A stretch of DNA of 44,440 nt, taken from IMG/VR virus record IMGVR_UViG_3300043414_000127, positions 1 to 44,440 of that record, one strand, 5' to 3'. The DNA comes from a virus. Lineage: Duplodnaviria > Caudoviricetes. A program made the position numbers and the translations under genes. Below are positions 1 to 8,989 of this stretch, piece after piece (position 1 is the stretch's first letter; each line of letters begins with the position of its first letter). Below the pieces are notes generated by a model. It searched no databases. It saw nothing but the letters and a program-made list of their open reading frames with translations, and had not been told where the DNA came from.

Positions 1-151
1 CAGGTGATTTTGCCTAGCAAGGAGATTTTATGTTTCGTGTTTATTTACATCAATTTAAACGTTGGATTGAAAACATTCCTGTTGAAGAAGCCTTAGTTTA
101 TAAAGAAGAAGGCTATTTTGTTGAACGGATGAAATAACGTGTTCTTTGTTA
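1..151. repeat. Terminal direct repeat, copy 1 (matches 44290-44440); probably an assembly circularisation overlap
   Basis: Direct comparison: identical over 151 nt except positions 17/44306 (g/a) and 25/44314 (a/g). Confidence 0.95.
30..137 (+). CDS. Small early hypothetical protein, 35 aa (MFRVYLHQFKRW...)
   Basis: Read manually; AAGGAGA RBS upstream; duplicated at 44319-44426. Confidence 0.6.
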   Translation: MFRVYLHQFKRWIENIPVEEALVYKEEGYFVERMK

Positions 152-213
152 GTGCTTTGTTAAGAGCACTAATGAGGCATAGTTGTTGTAACTTGCCATA
201 ACTGGAGATCCAC

Positions 214-648
214 ATGGATGATAAATCCACTCTTTATGCTGCTGCTACGGAGGCGCTAGTCTCTGAAACATCAGCTACCAGTACCTTTGAGAAGATGATT
301 GCTGTTGCTTATGCACATAGCACAGTAGACACCTTTACCAAAGAACTGAAGGACTGTGAACGTCAGATCAAGAAAGACTTTGAGGTCGGGTCTATGCCTG
401 GTCCTTGGCGTTCTGCTAAGTCTGTAATTCAAAGTGCTATGAAGCTTGACATTAATTTGGTTGATGACAACGGTGCATACGCTGGCAAAACGTTCTTGCA
501 AAACAAGATCAAAGAAAAGAAGCCAGTCAAGGATGAGCCTACTAACCAAGAGTACATCGACAAGATTCTCAGGTTGCTCATGGAAATCCCAGAGTATCTG
601 GATGCTGGTCATATCCACAATGAAGTCAAGAACTACATGTTCAAGTAA
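214..648 (+). CDS. Hypothetical early protein, 144 aa, directly upstream of the vWA/MoxR pair
   Basis: ORF track; GGAGA RBS; 2-nt gap to next gene. Confidence 0.8.
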   Translation: MDDKSTLYAAATEALVSETSATSTFEKMIAVAYAHSTVDTFTKELKDCERQIKKDFEVGSMPGPWRSAKSVIQSAMKLDINLVDDNGAYAGKTFLQNKIKEKKPVKDEPTNQEYIDKILRLLMEIPEYLDAGHIHNEVKNYMFK

Positions 649-650
649 CT

Positions 651-2429
651 ATGCTCACACAAGGCATACAAGTTCAGAAATACGTTAGAGCTAGTGCTGG
701 CAGAGCTGGCATCTCTATCGTATTTGAAGATGTAAACGAACCTAGGCATGATGGCAAAACCATCTACTTGCCTAGGATTACGTACAAAACTACCGAACTG
801 GAGCTTAAAGAGCTGATGTCGTCAGTTGACCATGAGGTTGCTCACGACAAATACAGTTGCTTTGATGTTCTTAAAGAAAAAGCCTGCGGTCCTAAAAGTC
901 TACTGATGTTTGTGTGGAACTTCCTCGAAGACTCACGCATCAACACCATAGAAGCTCAGGAGTACGAAGGCTTCAGGGAAAACTGGGATGAGACTAGCGT
1001 CAAGCTAGTCGAAAGAATCTTGCATAGCACCAAGAAAGAAGTCTCAGCAGTACCTACCCTTGTGACAGCCTTGCTGTGTTGGGAAACTAAAGTGTCTGTG
1101 AGCAACTTCCCACAACTGGAGTTGGTCACAAGCAAATACAAGCCCAACAAAAAGATCATGGATGTTCTTAGTAACTATTCTGATCGTCTTGTGGATTGCC
1201 ACTCGATTCTGGAAAAGAGATTAGGAACACTATCAACCTACGATCTAGCTGTAGACATCCTCAAAGAACTCGGAGAGAAATGCAAAGAAGAGCTTCCTAA
1301 ACCAAAACCTGCAGATGGTACTGGTGAAGATGGGGATATAAAAGGAGCTACTTCATCCGATGAAACCGATGACGAAGGCGGGAAAGCATCTGATGCTAAA
1401 AAAGGCGAAGGTGGTAAACCCAAGAAAGATGATTCTGATTACATGATCATCAACATGAAGTTGACAGACGAAGAAATCAACAAATTTAGTCCATCAATGC
1501 ACGAAAGTGACGGACTTAGTAAGGTTGGTGTCAACTTTGAGCCTGTAAAAAGCGGTGATGCTTGGGACTTAACAGACTTTGAGAAATTCATTGTTGTTGA
1601 TTACCCCAAACGATTGGGTGAAGATAAATTCTTCAGCAAAGAAGACCACAAAAAAGAGTTTCTGGCTGAATACGCAAGTAGAACTGAACCAAAGATTGTT
1701 TCACAAGAGAACTTTGCTCAACAAGTTCGACGACTGATTCAAATCAGAGCCAAGGTTCAACGAGTCTATGGTGTTAAGAAAGGGAAGCTAGATCAGTCTC
1801 GACTATCTCGCATCTGTTTCAATGCGCCTGGGTTCAACGAGCGTGTTTTTAAGAACAAGATCGACAACAAAACACTGGATGCTGCAATCACAGTTCTAGT
1901 GGACATGTCTGGGTCGATGTCTGGAGAGAAAGTTCAGTTTGCTTTGGCTTCTACATTGCTAGTCAATGAAGTTTGTGCAACTCTTAACGTTCCTGTAGAA
2001 ATCATAGGCTTCAGTGATGTTGGTCCTATACCTAGTATGTTCATCTACAAGAGCTTTTCTGACGTAAGAGTGAGTGAAGAACAGTTAAAAGAGTACTTTG
2101 GTTATAGTAGTTACTGGATGTCTGGCAATCCTGATGGTGAAAACATTCTTTGGACTTACGACAGACTGTTGAAGCGCAAAGAAAAGAAACGCTTGATGAT
2201 TGTCATGTCAGATGGTAGCCCCGCTGCTTCAAAAGGTGGTAGTGGCATCGGTCTGTTCACACACAAAGTTATCGGTGAGATTGAGCGAGCTAAGAAGATA
2301 GAGATTTACGGCTTAGGTTTGTGTAGTGATTCAGTTGAGTACTACTACAAATCTCACAGTGTTGTAAATGAACCACAAGAGATTCCGAGCAAGTTAATTG
2401 AGTTAATAGAAAGGAAAATACTGCGATGA
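651..2429 (+). CDS. CobT-like protein: N-terminal HExxH zincin-like domain, acidic linker, C-terminal vWA domain
   Basis: DHEVAH and NFLEDSRIN motifs; MIDAS LVDMSGSMSG; IVMSDGSP; adjacent to a MoxR ATPase. Confidence 0.85.
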   Translation: MLTQGIQVQKYVRASAGRAGISIVFEDVNEPRHDGKTIYLPRITYKTTELELKELMSSVDHEVAHDKYSCFDVLKEKACGPKSLLMFVWNFLEDSRINTIEAQEYEGFRENWDETSVKLVERILHSTKKEVSAVPTLVTALLCWETKVSVSNFPQLELVTSKYKPNKKIMDVLSNYSDRLVDCHSILEKRLGTLSTYDLAVDILKELGEKCKEELPKPKPADGTGEDGDIKGATSSDETDDEGGKASDAKKGEGGKPKKDDSDYMIINMKLTDEEINKFSPSMHESDGLSKVGVNFEPVKSGDAWDLTDFEKFIVVDYPKRLGEDKFFSKEDHKKEFLAEYASRTEPKIVSQENFAQQVRRLIQIRAKVQRVYGVKKGKLDQSRLSRICFNAPGFNERVFKNKIDNKTLDAAITVLVDMSGSMSGEKVQFALASTLLVNEVCATLNVPVEIIGFSDVGPIPSMFIYKSFSDVRVSEEQLKEYFGYSSYWMSGNPDGENILWTYDRLLKRKEKKRLMIVMSDGSPAASKGGSGIGLFTHKVIGEIERAKKIEIYGLGLCSDSVEYYYKSHSVVNEPQEIPSKLIELIERKILR

Positions 2430-3535
2430 CAAGTCCAGCAACCCCACCTAAAGTGGAAGATCTTGTTAAGAAAGCTTTGAAAGAAGCTCTTGACAAGCGC
2501 AAAATACCTGTCCCTCATGTTGAGGAAAAGTCCACAGTGATTGTGGATGAAGAGTGTGGTGTAAAAACAACACCTATGGCAGAAACAGCTCTTAAATCAA
2601 CACAACGATACCTATCTGAATTGATCGGTGAAGTTGATGATGACTTTGGAGTCACAGTTTTTGACAACACTGACTGGGATTCACGGATCTCACCATTTGT
2701 TCCGTCTATCAATGACAACTATGTCATAGATAAAGAATTGGCAAGCAACATTCTTCGAGCTTGGGAACTCAATGAAAAAGTACTTTGTTTCGGTCCTACG
2801 GGAGCTGGTAAGTCTAGTCTTATTGAGCAGTTATGTGCTCTTACCAATCGTCCTTTCGTTAGGGTTAATTGCACTGGGGATATGGATTCCTCAATGATCT
2901 TTGGTCAACTCACGGCTAAGGATGGTTCAACACACTGGGTTGACGGTGCAGTAACAGAAGCCGTGCGATATGGTGCTGTGTTTGCATGGGACGAGTGGGA
3001 CGTAACACCACCAGAGATCTCAATGGGTTTGCAATGGCTCTTAGAGGACAATGGCAAGCTTTTCTTGAAAGAGATGCCTGGTAGTACCACTGAGAAGCAA
3101 ATCGTGCCTCACAAGGACTTTAGGATCGTTGCTATTGGTAACACACAAGGTCAAGGCGATGAGACAGGTGCACATGCAGGCACTAACGTTCAGAACTCAG
3201 CTACATTGGATCGCTTTGGTACTGCTGTCTACATTGACTACTTGCGACCAGACATCGAAGAGAGGATGTTGATGGTTGAATATCCAGATACGATTACAGG
3301 CAAGTCAGCCAAGGAGCTTGTAAAGCTGGCAAACTTAATCCGCACTGGTTACAAAGCTGGTCAGTTTGGCTTAACAATGTCTCCTCGTGCACTGTTTGGT
3401 ATCTGTCGCAAAGTCTCTGCTGGATGCTCAATGAAGAAAGCATTTACATTGGTGTACCTGAACAAACTCAGTGAGACACAACGTAAGGTTGCCGACGAAC
3501 TTTTTACAAAAGTCTACGGCACGAAATCTGCTTAA
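2426..3535 (+). CDS. CobS/MoxR-family AAA+ ATPase
   Basis: Walker A GPTGAGKS, RVNC, Walker B FAWDE, sensor IVAIGN, Arg finger LDRF; ATGA overlap with upstream gene. Confidence 0.9.
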   Translation: MTSPATPPKVEDLVKKALKEALDKRKIPVPHVEEKSTVIVDEECGVKTTPMAETALKSTQRYLSELIGEVDDDFGVTVFDNTDWDSRISPFVPSINDNYVIDKELASNILRAWELNEKVLCFGPTGAGKSSLIEQLCALTNRPFVRVNCTGDMDSSMIFGQLTAKDGSTHWVDGAVTEAVRYGAVFAWDEWDVTPPEISMGLQWLLEDNGKLFLKEMPGSTTEKQIVPHKDFRIVAIGNTQGQGDETGAHAGTNVQNSATLDRFGTAVYIDYLRPDIEERMLMVEYPDTITGKSAKELVKLANLIRTGYKAGQFGLTMSPRALFGICRKVSAGCSMKKAFTLVYLNKLSETQRKVADELFTKVYGTKSA

Positions 3536-3548
3536 ACCTCAAAACCAC

Positions 3549-3579
3549 AAGGCTCTCCTTTGGGAGAGCTTTCTATTTT
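3549..3579 (+). terminator. Probable intrinsic terminator after the MoxR gene
   Basis: GGCTCTCC-TTTG-GGAGAGCT stem followed by TTCTATTTT. Confidence 0.65.
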
Positions 3580-3595
3580 GAGTTGTAGGAAACAC

Positions 3596-4393
3596 ATGAT
3601 TGATCGCAAACTAATCTTAGCAAATGCTCCTAGTAACAATGGTCAACAGATCAGCATCAACCACACTGGCTGTTCAGCAGGCGAAGATAGAAAAAAACGT
3701 TTGTACATCAAGCGTACAGACAAAGGACTTGTGGCTTACTGCCACCACTGCAATGAGTCTGGCTTTGCTTCAGACGGTGGAGACAGGCTCAACACCTGGA
3801 TGCACAAACAAGATAGTGTTGTATTAAAACAACAGTCTAAACCTATCTTAGCTGCATTAACCACACAAGGCAAAGTGTGGCTGCATAGCAACTACTGCGA
3901 CGTAGAAAGTAAAGTTTTTAATGGAGTTGTAAGTGAGCCTGCAAAAGTTGCGCTTACACTACTCAACCCCCTTGGGGAACAAATAGGATGGCAGGTGAGA
4001 AACCTCGAACCTAACGCAATACCCAAGTACACCACGTACTACACACAAACAACCCACAAAGGTGATTCAAGCTGGTTCCATAAGAACAGCAACACACTAG
4101 TCATCACTGAAGACTACCTCAGTGCTTACCGAGTACACACAAACACTGGGCTTAGCTCAGTAGCGTTACTAAGAACAGTTCTGTCAGACAGAACACTCAT
4201 GCAGATACATGAACTCAACTTTGAGTTTATTGTTATTTGGCTAGATCCCGATGATGCAGGCATAGAAGGAGCAAACAAAACGTACAAGAAACTAAACCAC
4301 TTTTTACCATCAACAACAAAGATTGTTATCTTTGGCATCGACAAAGAACCCAAAGAATGTACACCAGTAGAACTGGCAAGCATTCTTAAATAA
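3596..4393 (+). CDS. DNA primase (Zn-binding domain plus TOPRIM)
   Basis: HxxC...YCHHC Zn site; VITEDYLSA and IWLDPDDAG TOPRIM motifs; start moved to ATG 3596 after AGGAA. Confidence 0.85.
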   Translation: MIDRKLILANAPSNNGQQISINHTGCSAGEDRKKRLYIKRTDKGLVAYCHHCNESGFASDGGDRLNTWMHKQDSVVLKQQSKPILAALTTQGKVWLHSNYCDVESKVFNGVVSEPAKVALTLLNPLGEQIGWQVRNLEPNAIPKYTTYYTQTTHKGDSSWFHKNSNTLVITEDYLSAYRVHTNTGLSSVALLRTVLSDRTLMQIHELNFEFIVIWLDPDDAGIEGANKTYKKLNHFLPSTTKIVIFGIDKEPKECTPVELASILK

Positions 4394-4402
4394 AGGAAAC
4401 AG

Positions 4403-5665
4403 ATGGACTACGATGTTCTCTACCTTTGCTCTCAGAGCAAGGAGAACCTAGCAAAGTATCGGCGGTACATCAAGCCGCATGTAGTAATGAAAGAAACTGT
4501 CACCATCCTTGATGGCATGGACAAATACTACAAAGCTTTTCCAACAGTCACAAGTTTTAGTTGGGACTCATTCTCTGCATACTTGATTGCAGATCAAAGC
4601 AAACGGTTGACTGAAGACGCTATTGTGAAACTTCGCATGACGCTTACAAAAGCAAAAACGTTTGAACCACACTGTGCCCATGAGGAAGTAGTCAAGACTT
4701 TGATTGAGTTGGACTACCTTGCAAAGATCATGGAGGAGTGTGAGAAAGTAAAGGAAGGTGAGAGTGACTTAGAGCACGTTCATATCCTAGCAACCAATGC
4801 GTTGAAAGACGTAGAAAGGTACATTGAGAAAGATGATCTTTTTGTCACTGCTGATTTATCAGCTATCTCTGATCGCATTACTAGCTCTGGTTATGAATGG
4901 AGGCTCGATGTTCTCAATCGTTCTCTCGGTCCCCTTCGTACAGGAAATTTTGTTATTGTGGCTGCTCGTGTAGAGGTTGGTAAAACAACATTCTTAGCAA
5001 GCGAGATTAGCTACTTGGCACAGCAACTACCAGCAGATCGTCCTGTTGTGTGGGTCAACAACGAAGAGGAATCTTCTGTTGTGTTCTTCCGTATTGTCCA
5101 AGCAACGCTAGGTCAAGAGTCTAAGACCATCATCGCTGATTCAAAAGCAGCAATGGATACTTACACAACCATGATGGGTGGTAACAAAAACAAGATACGT
5201 GTAACCAAAGACATGAACAACGTTCGTGACTTAGAGACATTGTTTCGTGAAGTTAACCCTGGATTGATTGTGTTTGACCAACTCGACAAGGTTGACGGTT
5301 TCAAATCAGACGAGCGTGAGGACATTAAGCTTGGCAAGATCTACAAATGGGCAAGGGAATTGGCTAGAAACTATGGCCCAGTTATTGCAGCATCACAGTT
5401 GTCTGCGTCAGCAGTAGAGTTGAAAGACCCACCATTCATCGGTCTAGATGCTTTGCGTGGATCTAAGACTGACAAGCCTGGTGAAGCTGATGTGGTGCTT
5501 ACCATCGGTAAGTACAAAGAACCTAAGAGTCCCGAAGAAGAAATGATTCGGACAATCAATGTTCCTAAGAACAAACTGCCTGGTGGTGGCACTAAACAAA
5601 TGGAGTCAGAACGACATGGACAGTACCTCGTCACCATTGATCCCATACGTGCGCGTTACGAGTGA
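4403..5665 (+). CDS. DnaB-like (SF4) replicative helicase
   Basis: AARVEVGKTT Walker A, NNEE, IVFDQLD Walker B, ASQL motif. Confidence 0.9.
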   Translation: MDYDVLYLCSQSKENLAKYRRYIKPHVVMKETVTILDGMDKYYKAFPTVTSFSWDSFSAYLIADQSKRLTEDAIVKLRMTLTKAKTFEPHCAHEEVVKTLIELDYLAKIMEECEKVKEGESDLEHVHILATNALKDVERYIEKDDLFVTADLSAISDRITSSGYEWRLDVLNRSLGPLRTGNFVIVAARVEVGKTTFLASEISYLAQQLPADRPVVWVNNEEESSVVFFRIVQATLGQESKTIIADSKAAMDTYTTMMGGNKNKIRVTKDMNNVRDLETLFREVNPGLIVFDQLDKVDGFKSDEREDIKLGKIYKWARELARNYGPVIAASQLSASAVELKDPPFIGLDALRGSKTDKPGEADVVLTIGKYKEPKSPEEEMIRTINVPKNKLPGGGTKQMESERHGQYLVTIDPIRARYE

Positions 5666-5669
5666 TGGT

Positions 5670-6152
5670 ATGACAACGTATTTATCTTACAGATCAACAG
5701 AAAAAGAGATCAAAGCTGCTGATGCAGCTATCGCTAAAGAGTACGACTCTATTTTTGGCAAACCTGAAAGGAGCAAACTAACTATGAATCCGTTCTTAGA
5801 CAAAGTTGTAAAGATGGAATACGTTGGCAGCAGGGTAACCTGTAACCCAGCACCTTCAGACACAGATGAGGATGTGTTGATCCTTACAGACGACATCGAG
5901 TCTTTAATTGGAGATTGTTTTGAAACAGGCTTTAAGCGTGACGGATCAATAAAGAGTACGTATCCACCAGGATTTGTTTCTTTGCGACACGGACGAATAA
6001 ACCTAATTGTTACTGACGAAGGAGAATTCTTTGATAAGTTTATGCTTGCAACTTTTGTTTGCAAGTCCTTAAACCTGCTGAGTAAAGCAGAACGAGTAAT
6101 TGTTTTCCAAGCAATTCTGTATGGAAACAAATACCCACCAGGTTCTCACTAA
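5670..6152 (+). CDS. Small pol-beta-superfamily nucleotidyltransferase-like protein (alternative in-frame start at 5784)
   Basis: YVGSRVTCNPAPSDTDEDVLIL fits the hGS-x-DxD signature; AAGGAG precedes ATG 5784. Confidence 0.55.
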   Translation: MTTYLSYRSTEKEIKAADAAIAKEYDSIFGKPERSKLTMNPFLDKVVKMEYVGSRVTCNPAPSDTDEDVLILTDDIESLIGDCFETGFKRDGSIKSTYPPGFVSLRHGRINLIVTDEGEFFDKFMLATFVCKSLNLLSKAERVIVFQAILYGNKYPPGSH

Positions 6153-6173
6153 GAAAGGAGTGTGGGGAAAACC

Positions 6174-8111
6174 ATGACCTCACCAACATTTGTAGCTATT
6201 GACGTTGAGACTACTCTCAATGGCAATGAAGATGTGGGACTAGCTCACCCTATGCACCCAGACAACTACGTAGTAGCGTTTGGGTATTGCAGCGAACTGA
6301 ACAACGTTCCGATCACAACCTACGACTCAATTGCATTTGAAGACAGGATTGTGGAAGAAATTGAAAAGGCTACGTTCTGTGGGCACAACATCTCTTTTGA
6401 TCTAGTGCATCTCTACAGGACTAGTCATGTATTGAAGCACGCACTACAGCACCACCCAATTTGGGACACACAACTTGCAGAGTACATCCTCAGTGCTCAA
6501 CAGATCAAGTGGTCTAGCCTTGATGAGTTGTCAATCAAGTATGGTTTGCCAGTTAAGGATGATGGCATCAAGAAATACTTTCAAGCAGGTTTGGGATCCG
6601 AGAAAATTCCCAAGTCTGAACTGATTCCCTATTTAGAACAGGACGTACAAAACACACTAGCCATTGCTAGAAAGCAGTATGAACGTGCTAAAAAACAGGG
6701 TCAACTAACCCTGATCCTCACACAAATGGAAGCTCTCCACGCAACAACGGAGATGCAATACAACGGGCTTCACATTGACAGAGCAGCTCTTGACAAGTAT
6801 GCAGTTGAGGTTGTCAACGAATACGTAGAGTGCAAACTTGACTTGGAAGAGTTATCTGCTGAACATATTGAGGATATAAACAGTCCTAAGCAATGGTCAC
6901 AGTTTTTCTTTGGTGGATCTAAGAAGGTTCGTGTCAAAGAGGAAGTAGGTTTTTACAAGAATGGCAAGATCAAGACTAAGCTAATGGACAAGGTAGTAAC
7001 CATCCCGCCTTACATTAGATACACGCCTGATCCTGACAAGGTGTCAGCTAAGACAGGTCAAATATCTGTTGATGACTCAGTGTTAAACGACATGCTGGCT
7101 CATACGTTTGATGCTAAAGCAATTAGCATTATCAAGAAACTGTTGAAGTATCGTGAGCTATCTAAACAGTTGTCAACGTATGTGCAAGGCTTGAGTAAAC
7201 ACATCATTGGAGACTTCATTCATGGTAAGTTGAATCACACAGCAACAGTGACAGGTCGATTGTCTTCAACAAGTCCCAACTTACAGAACATCAGTAACAA
7301 CCCCATCAAACAAATTTTTACATCTAGGTTCAGGGATGGTGTGATTGTTGAGATGGACTTCAACCAACTGGAGGTTGTTGCTCTAGCCCACATCACTAAA
7401 GACTTGCAACTGATTCACGACATCTCTAGTGGGGTAGACATCCACAGTGCTTTGTATGAGGCTATGTTCGGTAGACCACCAACCAAAGAAGAACGTAAGC
7501 CATTCAAAGCTAGAACATTCCAACTGATCTATGGTGCTGGAGCTAAGGCTATTAGCAAACAAGCAGGTTGTAGCCTTGATGAAGCAAAGAAGTTTGTTGA
7601 TGTGTTTTATACTCGCTACCCCTCAGTTGGCAAGTGGCACAAAGAGTTTGCTGTCATTGCTGAGAAGGAGAGCATGTACGAATTCAATGATGATGGTTTT
7701 ATGGAGAAAACTAAAACCTTTGTGTATGAGACTGAAACTGGCAGGAAATTTGCTTTCAAAGAATATCACAGCGATAGTAGCTGGTCTACACGGACCTACA
7801 ACTTCAGTCCTACTGAATTTAAAAACTATCCAGTGCAAGGGTTAGCTACAGGAGACATTGTTCCAATGATGTTGGGCATTATGTTTCGCCAGCTAAAGAG
7901 CAGAGAAGATGTGAAGATGGTTAACACTATCCACGACTCTCTAATGTTTGACGTTCAAGCTGATTCAGCAGACAACTTTATTAAGGAGATGACAGACTTA
8001 TTAAAAAACACACACAATTACTTTGAAGGTATATTTGGAAAGCCTCTGGCACTCAAGCTCAATGCAGGTGCATCAGTAGGTATCAATTGGTATGAAATGA
8101 AAGAGCTTTAA
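6174..8111 (+). CDS. DNA polymerase family A with 3'-5' exonuclease
   Basis: Exo motifs DVETT, GHNISFD, YLEQD; TGRLSSTSPNLQNI; motif A DFNQLE, motif B KARTFQLIYG, motif C IHDS. Confidence 0.95.
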   Translation: MTSPTFVAIDVETTLNGNEDVGLAHPMHPDNYVVAFGYCSELNNVPITTYDSIAFEDRIVEEIEKATFCGHNISFDLVHLYRTSHVLKHALQHHPIWDTQLAEYILSAQQIKWSSLDELSIKYGLPVKDDGIKKYFQAGLGSEKIPKSELIPYLEQDVQNTLAIARKQYERAKKQGQLTLILTQMEALHATTEMQYNGLHIDRAALDKYAVEVVNEYVECKLDLEELSAEHIEDINSPKQWSQFFFGGSKKVRVKEEVGFYKNGKIKTKLMDKVVTIPPYIRYTPDPDKVSAKTGQISVDDSVLNDMLAHTFDAKAISIIKKLLKYRELSKQLSTYVQGLSKHIIGDFIHGKLNHTATVTGRLSSTSPNLQNISNNPIKQIFTSRFRDGVIVEMDFNQLEVVALAHITKDLQLIHDISSGVDIHSALYEAMFGRPPTKEERKPFKARTFQLIYGAGAKAISKQAGCSLDEAKKFVDVFYTRYPSVGKWHKEFAVIAEKESMYEFNDDGFMEKTKTFVYETETGRKFAFKEYHSDSSWSTRTYNFSPTEFKNYPVQGLATGDIVPMMLGIMFRQLKSREDVKMVNTIHDSLMFDVQADSADNFIKEMTDLLKNTHNYFEGIFGKPLALKLNAGASVGINWYEMKEL

Positions 8112-8112
8112 T

Positions 8113-8646
8113 ATGGCAATGATGACAGGTATCGTAGAAGCAATTTCTACAAAAGATGTAAACACTAAGTTTGGCTTGAAGCCAACCTTCTCTTTGAAGG
8201 TCAGTGGCAACTGGGTCAAATGTGGCTTTAAGAACCCTAACGCAGCAGCAGGCGACGAAGTAGAGTTCGATGGCAACACAGGTACATACGGCCTTGAGAC
8301 AAAGGCTGTAAACATTATCCGTAAGGGTGTAGCTGCAAGTGTTCCTAATAACACTAGTGCTGCAGCACCAGCAGCAGCTCCTGCTAAATCTTATGGTGGT
8401 GGCTACAAAGAAAAAGTATTTCCTATTCCTGCTTTGCATGGTGACCGCGCTATTGTTCGTCAGAACGCTCTAGCTCGTGCAACAGACATGTTTATTGCAG
8501 CGAGGGGTGGTAAACCTTTTGACTTGGAAGACTCAACACTTGACATGGTGATTAAGTTTGCTCGTAAGTTTGAAGCTTACACAGCAGGTGACATTGACAT
8601 GGCCCAAGCAATTGAAGAGACTGACGCTGAAGAAGCGCAGTTCTAA
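8113..8646 (+). CDS. Putative single-stranded DNA-binding protein
   Basis: OB-like N-terminus, Ala/Pro linker, IVRQNAL motif, acidic tail ending in Phe (EETDAEEAQF); directly after the polymerase. Confidence 0.7.
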   Translation: MAMMTGIVEAISTKDVNTKFGLKPTFSLKVSGNWVKCGFKNPNAAAGDEVEFDGNTGTYGLETKAVNIIRKGVAASVPNNTSAAAPAAAPAKSYGGGYKEKVFPIPALHGDRAIVRQNALARATDMFIAARGGKPFDLEDSTLDMVIKFARKFEAYTAGDIDMAQAIEETDAEEAQF

Positions 8647-8677
8647 GGTACTAGTGCAGGCAGTTGCCTAGTTTTGT

Positions 8678-8773
8678 GGGGCTGTTAAGCCAGCATTCGA
8701 GGATGTCAACGTAGGGAGTTTTCTGGCTTTCTGCCCTACCTAGTTGAAGACCAAATCGAAGCCTCTTTTTTTT
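8678..8773 (+). ncRNA. Candidate structured RNA with long stem, 7-bp pseudoknot and U8 tail
   Basis: Nested pairings GGGGCT/AGCCTC, TTCGA/TCGAA, TCAAC/GTTGA, GTAGGG/CCCTAC; AAGCCAG (8687-8693) complementary to loop CTGGCTT (8723-8729). Confidence 0.6.
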
Positions 8774-8785
8774 AAGGAGATAGAC

Positions 8786-8989
8786 ATGTTCTTTTGGAAC
8801 AAAGACAAAGAAGAGATTGTGAATGAGTTAAATTTTTTACGTATGCGTAGTGAGTTGCAAGCAGATGTTCTTGAAGATCTAACAGCACGCTTAGATCGTT
8901 ACGAACAGATCTTGTTGAAGTTCAGTAAATACGGATTCAAAAAAGATGGGCAACCAAAAGCTAAACCTGGACGAAAGGCAGCACCTTAA
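8786..8989 (+). CDS. Hypothetical protein, 67 aa (coiled coil plus basic tail)
   Basis: AAGGAG RBS before ATG 8786; TAATG coupling to next gene. Confidence 0.7.
   Translation: MFFWNKDKEEIVNELNFLRMRSELQADVLEDLTARLDRYEQILLKFSKYGFKKDGQPKAKPGRKAAP

Noticed and set aside
651-3535. Annotation as a functional cobaltochelatase CobST auxiliary metabolic gene pair
   Set aside because: No CobN or B12-related gene; the motifs support only a generic MoxR/vWA assignment.
8744-8785. TTG-started N-terminal extension and T8 slippery site in ORF 8744-8989
   Set aside because: A strong RBS supports ATG 8786; the T run is the tail of the upstream structured element.
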